DNA of 63,199 bases from a virus (lineage: Duplodnaviria > Caudoviricetes). The position numbers and the translations under genes were made by a program. Every line of letters begins with the position of its first letter. The first letter of the stretch is position 1. The notes under the pieces are model-generated. The model searched no databases. It was given only the letters and a program-made list of their open reading frames with translations, and was not told the origin of the DNA. Positions 47,541 through 57,446 of the stretch are shown piece by piece. Where the stretch lies: IMG/VR virus record IMGVR_UViG_3300042484_002353, positions 1 to 63,199 of that record. One strand, written 5' to 3'.

Positions 47541-48209
47541 TTAATCCCAAAGTCCTTGATAATATTTACCGAAAAGACGGAAACCATTCTGAATTCTTTT
47601 TTCGTATGCGTTGAGACCATCCCAGTCGCAGGCACGATCACCAGTGTTGGACATCTGATAGGTAGCCTCCATCACGCCAGTTTCAGGGTTGGGGTATTCA
47701 CGGTCTGTTTTTTCAAACTTAGTGTCGCCCCATTCACCGGTCCAGAACTGCTCTTGCCAGTCGTCGTTCAACTTGCTTTCATGTGCGAAGATCATTTGAT
47801 CCATGACCCAGTCCCAGCGTTTGAAATGGTTACCGTCAATGTCCCAGTCATGTTCGCATGAGTCTCGGGCACCGGGTGTAGTACTCTGCAGATGCTCGGG
47901 CACGTCAAAATCGTCCACATTGGGGGCACCGTTTTTAGTGGCCTTGAGTTGTCGCAACATGGGCAGAGCAATCCGACTCAGGGTGTGGTCCATGCTCCAG
48001 GTGTCCCAGCGATCAATTTTAACGTAGTCAATTTTGGGGTGAACAACATCCAGCACACGGCGCAGACCTTCGCATACAGGCTGAAGTCGATCTGACCAGC
48101 GTTCAATCACAGGTTCATCGTAATCAATTTTACGCCAAAACACGATCTTTTCCAGTATTGTGTATGGGCTAAGCCAGTGATCACGGTACTTGTTTAAGTA
48201 AACTTTCAA
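47541..48209 (-). CDS. Hypothetical phage protein
   Basis: WDTWSMD.TL..I...GFRLFGKYYQGLWD. Confidence 0.65.
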   Translation of the reverse strand: MKVYLNKYRDHWLSPYTILEKIVFWRKIDYDEPVIERWSDRLQPVCEGLRRVLDVVHPKIDYVKIDRWDTWSMDHTLSRIALPMLRQLKATKNGAPNVDDFDVPEHLQSTTPGARDSCEHDWDIDGNHFKRWDWVMDQMIFAHESKLNDDWQEQFWTGEWGDTKFEKTDREYPNPETGVMEATYQMSNTGDRACDWDGLNAYEKRIQNGFRLFGKYYQGLWD

Positions 48210-48370
48210 TATGTTACTCCGATGTATAATTTGTAGATGTGTACACAGGCTTGATGGCCGTCATGCCATGTGTGATAAAAACCCAATTGTGGCTTGTTCT
48301 CGTACTGTTCCCAGTCCAGATGCCATTTACCATAACGGACTGCATAATATATATGTTTAAATAAGTTCAT
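48206..48370 (-). CDS. Small hypothetical protein
   Basis: Not in the ORF track. Reads MNLFKHIYYAVRYGKW...; TTGACT-18-TATAAT immediately upstream. Confidence 0.5.
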   Translation of the reverse strand: MNLFKHIYYAVRYGKWHLDWEQYENKPQLGFYHTWHDGHQACVHIYKLYIGVTY

Positions 48371-48397
48371 AGTGCATTATAGCATTAAGTTGATTTA

Positions 48398-48787
48398 TCA
48401 GTCAACTCCCACCGAATATTGATACTCGAATGTGGCCAGTCCCAGGATGCTGCGTGGTGTGTTGCTGCGATACCAGATCCAGATGTAACCATCTGAATCC
48501 TCTTCCCAATTGGCTTTGATATAGTTGACGTTGTACAGTCGATCATGCTGACCCAGTAACATAGTGCCGATACCGTCAGCAGGCAATAGATTGTATCTGT
48601 AGTGATGTAACTGAGTATGTTCAGGCATGGTATCGCTCAGAGTGCGGTGTATGTATTCCTGTTCCAAGGTCTTTCTCAGATAGGGGTCAAAGGTGCAGGT
48701 GTCGTATAATGATGCAGCTGGCCCATGCACCTTGCGATCATAGTCATACTGGCGTATGATCACTGTGCGCCGTAGTTGTTTAATCAT
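48398..48787 (-). CDS. Hypothetical protein (start MIKQLR)
   Basis: Coupled to 48780-49121. Confidence 0.5.
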   Translation of the reverse strand: MIKQLRRTVIIRQYDYDRKVHGPAASLYDTCTFDPYLRKTLEQEYIHRTLSDTMPEHTQLHHYRYNLLPADGIGTMLLGQHDRLYNVNYIKANWEEDSDGYIWIWYRSNTPRSILGLATFEYQYSVGVD

Positions 48788-49121
48788 TGACGTAATCTCG
48801 CCGTAGTGCCCAGTATACGTCCATCTGTTGCAAATTCTTGACCACCTGTTCAGCCTGTGCCATGGTCTGACAAAATATCTGGTCGAACCGCACCCGGCCA
48901 CAGATGTAATAGATCATTTTCTCAGGATATTGATACCAGACATCAGCCTGACAGGTACAGTTATTCGCGAGCTGACTATTGGTCAGCCTGACCCAATCGG
49001 CACCCTGATCAAACACACCTTCCAGTATGGCCCGGATTCTGCTGGGCTCATACTTGCCTATGCTATCTGACAATTTGACTATGTGCCAGTCGTACTGCTG
49101 TTCAATGGTATATGTTCTCAT
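48780..49121 (-). CDS. Hypothetical protein
   Basis: ATGA-coupled. Confidence 0.55.
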   Translation of the reverse strand: MRTYTIEQQYDWHIVKLSDSIGKYEPSRIRAILEGVFDQGADWVRLTNSQLANNCTCQADVWYQYPEKMIYYICGRVRFDQIFCQTMAQAEQVVKNLQQMDVYWALRRDYVND

Positions 49122-51868
49122 AAATATTTCAACCTAAAGTAAACTTCCATCTGATGGTCGTAAAAGTCCAGGCAAACCATGGTCCTGGGCATGCCATCAT
49201 CATAAAAACTACCCTCAGCCAACTGTTTTTTCGTCAGATCACGATGCATTCGAATGGTGAACCCCAGTTCACGTCTGAGCCCCCAGCTGACCATCCAGAC
49301 CGATCTGGGATACTCAGTCTTGATCAGTTCCCAGATGGGAGCCCATTCAGCTTTTGTTAACACTATCATCAAATCCCCATCGCAATTGAAAGTATGTGTG
49401 ATCTTCTTCAGTGAGATCACCGTATATGGTCACAGTATAGCCCCATTGATCTGTTGCTGGAAAACACAGGAATGTCATGTCCACTCCACCGTGTGCCATG
49501 CACCACTGGCCCTGCTCGGACTGTTGCCATTCGTATATGGGTGCAGCCGCATACAGATAGGGATCTTCTACATCACCCATGCGTAACTGGTGGAAAACTG
49601 TTTTGATTCTTTTAGGCATATTGTAAGTGAAACCATGTTTCGTCTGCTGGTGTATCATGTATCATAACCCAAGTACCATTGTGACAGTCCACCTGATACT
49701 GGCCGGGAAATTTCTCCTGCATCAGCTGATTCAACTTGTCGCGGCGTGCATAGGGGTCGGAATTTTCTCTGGTAATTTTAACATAATTATCAAACCATTC
49801 TTGCCAGGTATCGCCCTGGACAAAATCTGGTTGCCGCCATTGGGCTCCGTCCCATATTTCCAGGACACTGGTGGGTGAGCTCCATCGAAACTGGCCAGTG
49901 TGAGGACTGGTTGGTCCATGTGTCGCCGCACTCAAGGGTATCTCAGGTGGTTGTGTTGCCATTAACTCCACCTCAATTTATAAAAAGTGTATATTTCTTC
50001 AGTGACCATCAGAGTGAAGCCCAGGGCCCGGCCGTCAGAATACATGGGTTCAAATCTCCAATTTTTACCGAATGTTCCAAAATGTTCTTCGATCCAGGCA
50101 CATGCATCTTTAACAGGTTGATTCATCTCATCTTCTCTCAGTGCTATCATGACCATCTCAACATGAACGTCACGTAGTCCGACTCTGAGTCAAAATCGAA
50201 CACACCCTCGGAGACGAATCTCCACTTGTGCTGACAGTTCTGTTCGCACCAGGCGATGCAGGGACTCCAGCCCTGGTATGTGGGTACTTCTGGTATCACT
50301 GGTGGCATTATGCTGGCTATCATTGGTACCTCAATACGAATGCTGTGTGTTCTGCTGGATTGTCAAAAACTATTCTATACCGCACTGAGTGACAGATTAT
50401 GTCATATCCTTCATATACCAACCGATACTCTCCCAGATACTGTTGTCGAATTTCTGCCAGTTGTATCTGGACTTCTGTACAATCGGCCAGAGGTGCTCTG
50501 GGCGTGGGAGTTGGTGTGTGGAAGTCCAGATCTATTCTGAATAACCAGGGCGATGCAGTGTACATCATGATCATGACCACCTCAACACGAATGTCATGGC
50601 CATCACTGGATCAGCGAAGTACAACCAGGGATGATAATCCTTAGATCTACCGGGAAGCTGTCGGTCCAGGGTCACTCCCTGATCTGCCAACCACTGTTCA
50701 AATTCCAGAACATATCCATCGTAATCCATTGCCTGATACTTGGGCGGCGGATTGGTGGTCATGTACCAAATGGTGGCATTGGTCCAATAAGGATCTACAG
50801 CCACTGGCGTCATTTCCATCGCAAACAAAACGCTGTCAACAATTCCGGACCAGGCAATGTCACGGTCATGCCGGCCCGTTGAGCTTGATGATCCTGACAC
50901 CATTGTATCAGATCAGCATAATGCTCAGTCCAGTATGCTATGTCACATAATATGATCAGTGTACCTGGTTGGTCAGTAAAGATGCCGTCAGCAATGACGA
51001 ATCGCTGAGTCTTCCATTCGGCCAGGATATCTACTTCACTCATTCGGGTTTAATCCTCAGTCTTATAGTAATGAGATTACCATCAAAGTCTCGACAATCT
51101 TCAATATTCCAGTCGGGTTTTTCCACATCCATCCACTCAAACTGTGTTTTGCCACTACCAGTCCAGTACACCTGTATGGTGGCACCGTCTGCCCAAGCGT
51201 GGATCAGATCAGCGTATTTGTGTGGTGTCGGCGTCATGACCATCTCAATAAAAAGTAAGTTGCATCTGCCTCGGAGTCAAATGTAACAGGCCAATATTGT
51301 TGAAACGTAGTAACACGATCATTTATTGTTAATCCATATGCTGTTTTCAGATCACGTTGCCAATCTACAATATGATCCCACATAGGATCATGTGGACGCA
51401 AATACGGAAGACTTGCCTTATTAATCAGTTCAAAATGAATTGTAGTGGTAAATGTCATATCAACTAAACCTCAATAAAAACGCTGTGACGTTCTCTTCAC
51501 GATCAAATTTTATACAGCAACAGCTATGGTCATAGTAAGCACAGTATGGGTGTAGTCGACGGTTCAATATTCGAAAATACTCAGGGGTAGACAGATGTCG
51601 CCTGGACTCGTGTCCATCTATACCCTGCACCAGGTTGTCGTACCAGGCACATGGATGCTGTATGTCCAACCTCAGTTCCATTTTATGCCCATCGTAATGC
51701 AAATTGGCTGGCATGGAACGGATCAGCAAACCGAAAATTCCAAAGCCTGCTGGGAAATTGATTGTCTATCCGATATGTTCCATGTCCAAATTGACTATTG
51801 CACCATTTGATAGCTGAACTGATATGTTCAGGTCCTTGTGTTACGGTTATAGTCGTGGATGTTTTCAT
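49118..51868 (-). other. Array of 10 small genes ending in an F-x-L-[RKQ]-[WYF]-type motif, plus one unrelated small gene (51040-51243)
   Basis: 49118 (YFRLKYL), 49347 (YFQLRW), 49612 (WFHLQY), 49962 (FYKLRWS), 50147-50323 (FMLRWS, not in the track), 50320 (FVLRYQ), 50571-50813 (FVLRWS), 50810 (FCLRWK), 51234 (FLLRWS), 51460 (FLLRFS) and 51683 (FALRWA). That is 10 counting the clearest and 11 with the weakest. Confidence 0.8.
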
Positions 51869-51892
51869 AGCTTATTGTAACATTTAACTGAT

Positions 51893-52315
51893 TTATTCGT
51901 CAGTGTTTTTGAGTATTTCATATACTCGTTTCTGTTCATTGAACCGTCGTTCAGCCTCACGATAGGCATCACCCAGGGCCCGTAATTCATCAAACTCTGT
52001 TTCCAATTCAGCATCAATGTGCAACAATCCCAGGCGACTGTCCACGGTCTCTAACCAGTCGGTCAGATTGCGACCTTTTATTTTGATGTTGCCCAGGAAT
52101 TCAGCGTCACCACTGACCTGCAACGAGCTGGGCTGCATGGTGGAGGCTGTGGTAGCCCAGCTGGTGTGTGCTGATATACCAGTACCACCGCCTGCACCAC
52201 CACCCACGTAGATGGCATTGGCTGAAGAATATCCGGCGCCTAAGGTATATCCGCCACCAGTTACGGTTATGTTACCCAGTGGATTGTATGTTGTGGAATG
52301 TGTTTTGTTTGTCAT
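51893..52315 (-). CDS. Hypothetical protein
   Basis: Gly-rich N-terminus and coiled C-terminus. Confidence 0.6.
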   Translation of the reverse strand: MTNKTHSTTYNPLGNITVTGGGYTLGAGYSSANAIYVGGGAGGGTGISAHTSWATTASTMQPSSLQVSGDAEFLGNIKIKGRNLTDWLETVDSRLGLLHIDAELETEFDELRALGDAYREAERRFNEQKRVYEILKNTDE

Positions 52316-52351
52316 GGATTCATTCTATATTCTTGCATATCTATAGTCAAG

Positions 52352-52374
52352 AAAAAAGGCACCTAAGTGCCTTT
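52352..52374 (-). terminator. Rho-independent terminator
   Basis: AAAGGCAC-TTAG-GTGCCTTT followed by a T run, downstream of 52394-52660. Confidence 0.65.
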
Positions 52375-52393
52375 AATCAGGTCAGACCAGGAT

Positions 52394-52660
52394 TTATGCC
52401 AGGCCCAATGCCATGGCCTTGTAACCAGCACGGACTAAACGACGGCTAGCAGTACCATGACGATACTGAGTCACACGTACACCGTTCTTGGCCACAACGC
52501 TGTCGGCATAGATGGGGAAACCAGCTTGACGAATACGACTAGCTTCGGCTGACAAGTTGCCGATGCTGAAACGCTTCTTGGCTTCCGAAGGTGTCAATGT
52601 CTGACCTTCCAATACCAATGCTTTAAAAGCCTTGCCAGTTTTTGTGTTTAAATCGAACAT
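52394..52660 (-). CDS. Small winged-HTH-like DNA-binding protein
   Basis: G..LT..EA..RF.I.NL.A..S.IR..G pattern; AGGAG RBS and sigma70-like promoter upstream. Confidence 0.6.
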   Translation of the reverse strand: MFDLNTKTGKAFKALVLEGQTLTPSEAKKRFSIGNLSAEASRIRQAGFPIYADSVVAKNGVRVTQYRHGTASRRLVRAGYKAMALGLA

Positions 52661-52750
52661 TTAAATATCTCCTTAATTAAGTATTTGCGTGTTCTGCAAT
52701 GTAAGACAATTATAGCAGATATTCTCACTTAAAAGCAAGTGCCTGTTTGC

Positions 52751-53260
52751 TCATTCTGTTACAGTAACCACTCGCCAGCCCAGACGTTGTAGATCATTTT
52801 CGATCTCTTCAGTGACATCACTCTCAGCCACTTTGCCAGAAGCATTCTGACCTTCGTCAAATATTCCACTGCAATACCAATCAATATAGTCACCAGATTC
52901 ACGCATGTCAGAAATAATACCACCAGCGTGACGCCAACTGCAACTCCAGACCTGGTTCGCCAGGATGGGGTAGACCTCCAGTCGTTGGAAATCATTGTTA
53001 CACATGGCAGCGTAGAGATTCTGAGCGTAGACATCATCAGCACGAACCTTGTCCAGAATCCAATCAGTGGTTCTGAGATCGTATTCCAGATTGTATTCGG
53101 CCCAGGCAGGATCTGCCAGGTTGGCCTGATCACGCTCTCGAGCTGATGTCATGTTCTCCACCCAGTGTTCAGGTACTTCTTTACCTGATTCGGCAGCCCG
53201 TTTCCGGGCATTTTCCAATTGAAAGGTGTGCCGTTCAGGGCTGTGACTGATTTTGGTCAT
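52751..53260 (-). CDS. Hypothetical phage protein
   Basis: YAQNLYAAMCNN...WSCSWR.AG...GDYIDWYCSG. Confidence 0.65.
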   Translation of the reverse strand: MTKISHSPERHTFQLENARKRAAESGKEVPEHWVENMTSARERDQANLADPAWAEYNLEYDLRTTDWILDKVRADDVYAQNLYAAMCNNDFQRLEVYPILANQVWSCSWRHAGGIISDMRESGDYIDWYCSGIFDEGQNASGKVAESDVTEEIENDLQRLGWRVVTVTE

Positions 53261-53441
53261 CAGACTTCCTCAGTGTAGCAGTACCATTTTCATCCACTGT
53301 CCAGGTCAGCAGATCACCAATACACCAACCCTCCTGGGCCAATACTGCATGTGGCAGGGGCATGATGAGATCGCCAGTTTCTGGATCTTCTTCCAGGGTC
53401 ACAATCCAACTGTTTTCACCTGTCTGTACGGGCTCGGTCAT
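53235..53441 (-). CDS. AbrB/MazE-like small protein
   Basis: DLIMPLP.......GW..GD.L.W pattern. Confidence 0.5.
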   Translation of the reverse strand: MTEPVQTGENSWIVTLEEDPETGDLIMPLPHAVLAQEGWCIGDLLTWTVDENGTATLRKSDDQNQSQP

Positions 53442-53710
53442 GGCAGAATCACCACACTTCTAACATTATCCACCCGGAAACTGCGCCAGGCTTCACGGTC
53501 AGTACACCACACACTGATGACATTGTAGTTGACGACCTTGGTTCTGTGATGTTCGGTCAGGGCCTGAGCAGGCAATAACTCAGTCTTAAGAGTGCAGGGC
53601 ATGGTACGCAGGGTACCGTCCACTTTGGTGAATGTCACCTCACATACGTTGTGGGCCAGCATGTCGAATATTTCTTTCCATCGGGACTGACTGGTGGTGT
53701 CTTGGTTCAT
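53438..53710 (-). CDS. SH3-like/WYL_2 (DUF2693-like) protein
   Basis: VTFTKVDGTLRTM.CTL...WRSFR. Confidence 0.65.
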   Translation of the reverse strand: MNQDTTSQSRWKEIFDMLAHNVCEVTFTKVDGTLRTMPCTLKTELLPAQALTEHHRTKVVNYNVISVWCTDREAWRSFRVDNVRSVVILP

Positions 53711-54129
53711 TTTGCTCTCCTGGCAATGTCTCGGTATCCTTCCCAACTGGGATGAATACCATCTGGTTGTACGCTGTTGATGGGCAATACCACATCACCA
53801 TAGTACTTGGCTATTTCTTGTACTATACTTTGAATCTCAGCAATGGGCAAGTTTTGTGGTGCTTTGAGATTGCCATGAGGTAACACCCAATACACACGAT
53901 CTGCATCCACCCGCTGCCGCAATTCAAACAACTCATCATATGTTTTTACATACTTATGATCGTTTGAGCCCAGACTGATGATCAGAGTGCGGGCAGTTAA
54001 ATCTCGGTTCTTGTACATCCGGTTGAACTGCCAGCTGTTGATACCACCCTTGGCATAGTCAGCACAATGCTTCATGAACTGTTTGGTACCCACTGCAATA
54101 CTGTCGCCCACAATTAGACATTCTAACAT
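53707..54129 (-). CDS. SGNH/GDSL hydrolase
   Basis: GDS, GSND and DGIHP motifs. Confidence 0.8.
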   Translation of the reverse strand: MLECLIVGDSIAVGTKQFMKHCADYAKGGINSWQFNRMYKNRDLTARTLIISLGSNDHKYVKTYDELFELRQRVDADRVYWVLPHGNLKAPQNLPIAEIQSIVQEIAKYYGDVVLPINSVQPDGIHPSWEGYRDIARRAK

Positions 54130-54282
54130 TATTTTTCCTTCCGAGTTATTTGATTGTAAGGTACACCATGTTCAATACTGGCCGTCATGATTTCTGCTAG
54201 ATCTTGCTCAAATTTGGTATATCCGGGGCTGGCACGTAGCCGTTGCCAGAATGGACTATTGGGATCATCACTGAATATTTCT

Positions 54283-54555
54283 TTAAGGCTGGTTTTTTGT
54301 GCTGTCATTTTTTAAATCTCTTACTCTAATACTAAAGCCCTGTGTTAAAAACTCATTAACATCTAAACCTTCTCGTTCACACATCTCGGCGAGAGACAGA
54401 TTCTTGGCAAAATACTTTGTTGTCAGTTTAAGTAATCGTGTTTCGATACAATCGGGATCTGTGCCATTTTCATAGCTATTCCAATTATCCCAGGTTAACC
54501 GACCAACAAACAGTCCAATCTGATATCGTTGATTTTGTTCGAAGAATGTACTCAT
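54283..54555 (-). CDS. Hypothetical protein
   Basis: ATGA-coupled; AT-rich. Confidence 0.5.
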   Translation of the reverse strand: MSTFFEQNQRYQIGLFVGRLTWDNWNSYENGTDPDCIETRLLKLTTKYFAKNLSLAEMCEREGLDVNEFLTQGFSIRVRDLKNDSTKNQP

Positions 54556-54899
54556 GCTTCGTCTCCGAGGATATTTTCTTTATGCCACCGGTCAGTGGCG
54601 TCCTGAATGAGTTCCTCCAGAGCCATAATACTTTTGATGCCCGACTCGATGATGGCCTGTTCACACTCAGTGCGAACTCGCAGTTCGGGATAAAAGTGGT
54701 TTGGCCTTCCTTGAATTGTGCAATCTCGAATGGGAGTATACTGATTGCAAACACGCTCAATACATTCTCGAACAATCAACTCGGCGAACTTTTCGCTAAA
54801 CTTCTCTTCGTAACCAGGCTGTCCAATCGCTTGGGCATAAGCAAATTTTGAGGCATATTCTTTAGCCTGTTCAGCAAGTAGTCTAATTTGTTCGTTCAT
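54552..54899 (-). CDS. Hypothetical protein (MNE.I...KFAELIV family)
   Basis: Paralogue of 25343-25525. Confidence 0.6.
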   Translation of the reverse strand: MNEQIRLLAEQAKEYASKFAYAQAIGQPGYEEKFSEKFAELIVRECIERVCNQYTPIRDCTIQGRPNHFYPELRVRTECEQAIIESGIKSIMALEELIQDATDRWHKENILGDEA

Positions 54900-56200
54900 A
54901 ATTTCTCTCCGGGTACAAAGCCACGAAAGCCTTTGAAACGTGGGAATCGCAAACTGTAGGTACCATCCTGATTTTGTGTAACTGCATCAGCACGTACTTC
55001 CACCACATGTCCGTCTGCACGACAATTCCAAAAATCTTCTCGTTGCCGATCAGTAAATCCGCTGCCCACATTGACACTGATGGTCTTGCCGTCATCAACA
55101 CCTTCACAAACCAGGGCACCCATCCGGCCCACATTCTTGCCAGTACCCTCTTCAGTGTACAGCACAGTGAGACTGACTTCAATGTAGGGCTTCTGTTTTA
55201 ACCAGGCCACGCTGCGTTTACATTCATACACGGCAGCAGGGTCTTTGATCATGATGCCTTCGTATCCGCCTGCAATGGCATCAGCATTGATCTTGTTGAA
55301 CTCTGCACGACCTTCTTCAGTGTTGAGGTTCAACAGGGCCTGGCCCACCACAGACACGTTGGGCATGTGATCTGCTGCAAAGCGATACCACATGTTCAGG
55401 CTCACACTGCGATCCAATTGTTTGTGGCGACTGATACCTGCCAGAAATTCTGCCAGGGTCAGTACATCAAATAAATGCAGCACAGCATCTGATGCTTCCA
55501 CATTGTCTTTGCGATGCACCTGCCGCATGAGATCCTGGAAGCTGGCTGACATGACTTCGCCATCCAGCACCATGGGCTCGGAGAACAGACGGGCCTGCTT
55601 GCTGATTTGTTGTTTGATGTGGTCAAAATTCAGTAACTCTTTGCCATTGCGGCTGTACTGATCCACCTGACCTGACGGGTACACCACTGTGATGACTCTG
55701 ACGCCGTCCAGTTTGACTTCCACCAGTTTTTCACCAGATACCTTGCCTTCATGATTGGCGCCGTCATGGGCCAACTGACATGTGAACACAGGCACCAGAT
55801 AGTCGCTGTTGACTTTACCAGCCATCTTGTTGATGGTGGTGTCGCTGGTGCCACACCGCATGTCCTTGATCAGGATACGACGATACCAGCCGTTCCATTC
55901 TGCCTCAGTGGCGTTCATTCGCAGATAGTTGACGGCAGTCAGTGCAGCATTGCCAGTCAGCTCACGTTGGGCCAATTGGTCAGCCACTTTCCAGAATGCA
56001 TCTGCTGTGATGCCACGGCCGTCACCGGATTTGGTGTCCACTTTCTTGACACCAAAGGTCACCATGGCATCATATGCAGCACGGAATCCACGGAACAGCT
56101 CGGTGTTGCCTGCCACTGCTTCTTGATAGATAACGCCTTCCTTGAACAGACGACTGTTGTCGCTTTCCAGATCTGCGATGACTTCCCAGGGTTTATTCAT
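54896..56200 (-). CDS. ATP-dependent DNA ligase
   Basis: EVKLDGVR (KxDG), LDGE, FD, EGIMIK, WLK and LRFPRF motifs. Confidence 0.93.
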   Translation of the reverse strand: MNKPWEVIADLESDNSRLFKEGVIYQEAVAGNTELFRGFRAAYDAMVTFGVKKVDTKSGDGRGITADAFWKVADQLAQRELTGNAALTAVNYLRMNATEAEWNGWYRRILIKDMRCGTSDTTINKMAGKVNSDYLVPVFTCQLAHDGANHEGKVSGEKLVEVKLDGVRVITVVYPSGQVDQYSRNGKELLNFDHIKQQISKQARLFSEPMVLDGEVMSASFQDLMRQVHRKDNVEASDAVLHLFDVLTLAEFLAGISRHKQLDRSVSLNMWYRFAADHMPNVSVVGQALLNLNTEEGRAEFNKINADAIAGGYEGIMIKDPAAVYECKRSVAWLKQKPYIEVSLTVLYTEEGTGKNVGRMGALVCEGVDDGKTISVNVGSGFTDRQREDFWNCRADGHVVEVRADAVTQNQDGTYSLRFPRFKGFRGFVPGEKL

Positions 56201-56413
56201 TTATTAGTCCTTGTTGTTCACTATAACTACATTGTAGCATTTATGGAATTTATTGGTCAAGCGATCGTTGATGGCGAAACTCACGTTTCAACCAGTATTT
56301 GTAGCGGGCGAAGTACTGATGCAAGGTCTGTTGTCTCTCACGCCACACCAGGCATTCCTCACAATTGTCACGCCAGATCATCTCTACCCAACGACGGAAA
56401 TCACTGGTCTTTC

Positions 56414-56758
56414 TCATGCTGTCACCTGTGTATGCTTGCATTTTCTCTTGAACTGGAAACCGCTGCAACTGCATTTTAGCACACCGTTCTCACGTTCCAC
56501 AATATAACGGTTGCCTGTGCTGCCTGCCACTTCCCAACGGTCTGTGGTGTTGATCAAAGGTGCTTCAGTATAGCCGTAGACGTTGGGCACTTCTGTGAAC
56601 TTGCGCCCCCGTGTGCCAAACTGATAACGCTCTTTGAACTGCTTCAACTCCACTGTGCCCTGCTTGACATACCCGTACATGAATTCTCGGCTGTCACTCA
56701 GCATGTACACATGCAGCGGGTACGGTGCGTCGGCTGTGATTTCCCGGAAGAATTTCAT
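56414..56758 (-). CDS. SWIM zinc-finger protein
   Basis: CSCSGF....CKH. Confidence 0.7.
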   Translation of the reverse strand: MKFFREITADAPYPLHVYMLSDSREFMYGYVKQGTVELKQFKERYQFGTRGRKFTEVPNVYGYTEAPLINTTDRWEVAGSTGNRYIVERENGVLKCSCSGFQFKRKCKHTQVTA

Positions 56759-56763
56759 AATTA

Positions 56764-57039
56764 TTATTCCGACAAGTTCATAACACGAGCATCGTATTCC
56801 ATAAACGACACTTGAAATGGCACGTACACTTCATGGCCCACACGGCTGTGTTCGCCACGTGGCTGCACTTCACCGTCAAACACATCACGGGTCACAGTGA
56901 TTACGAAGCAATCGTAACCACGGTTGTCGATTTTAGAGACAACGCCTTCAACGAAACAATCCGCACGGCCCACCATGGGCTTGAAATCATACGCACGGAT
57001 AGTCTGACCAACTTTTGCAATCTTGGCAAATTTTAACAT
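56764..57039 (-). CDS. Hypothetical protein (start MLKFAK)
   Basis: AGGAG RBS; promoter TCGACG...TG-TATACT sharing its spacer sequence with the repeated cassette. Confidence 0.6.
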   Translation of the reverse strand: MLKFAKIAKVGQTIRAYDFKPMVGRADCFVEGVVSKIDNRGYDCFVITVTRDVFDGEVQPRGEHSRVGHEVYVPFQVSFMEYDARVMNLSE

Positions 57040-57102
57040 TTCTTGCTCCTGAAGTTTTGCTACCATATCAACAGTATACAATTAAATGAATTTAGCGTCG
57101 AC

Positions 57103-57312
57103 TCATTTCTTGCGATTTTCTGACATTTCTTCCATGGTTACGTATATTCTAAACAACTGGTAGCCGAAAAATATTGCGCCAGCCCCACCCAGAATCATCA
57201 GGAATACACTGGCTGGAACGGACAAAAATACTGTATAAATCAGCACCATCAGACCCACGCAGAAGGCCAAGTGTTTGGTTAGACGGGCGGCTGCACGAAT
57301 TTTTATTGACAT
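57103..57312 (-). CDS. Small two-helix membrane protein
   Basis: Two hydrophobic segments. Confidence 0.6.
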   Translation of the reverse strand: MSIKIRAAARLTKHLAFCVGLMVLIYTVFLSVPASVFLMILGGAGAIFFGYQLFRIYVTMEEMSENRKK

Positions 57313-57341
57313 AAATTTTCCTTTATCTTTAATGTTCCTGA

Positions 57342-57440
57342 ATTATACAATTAATTTATTTTACTGTCTAGCGAAACTCATGAAAAAGCCCTGAAAACAG
57401 GGCTTTTTTTCTGTCTAAAAAGTGTTGTTTTTACACAACA
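57342..57440 (-). promoter_or_regulatory. Palindrome, terminator hairpin and early promoter cassette (fourth copy)
   Basis: TGTTG-N8-CAACA at 57423-57440; AGCCCTG-TTTT-CAGGGCT hairpin; TAGACA-17-TATAAT. Same architecture as 28134-28221. Confidence 0.75.
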
Positions 57441-57446
57441 AATTGT

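Noticed and set aside
55751-56479. 242-aa plus-strand ORF (and likewise 26752-27351)
   Set aside because: Antisense to well-supported minus-strand genes, with no motifs.
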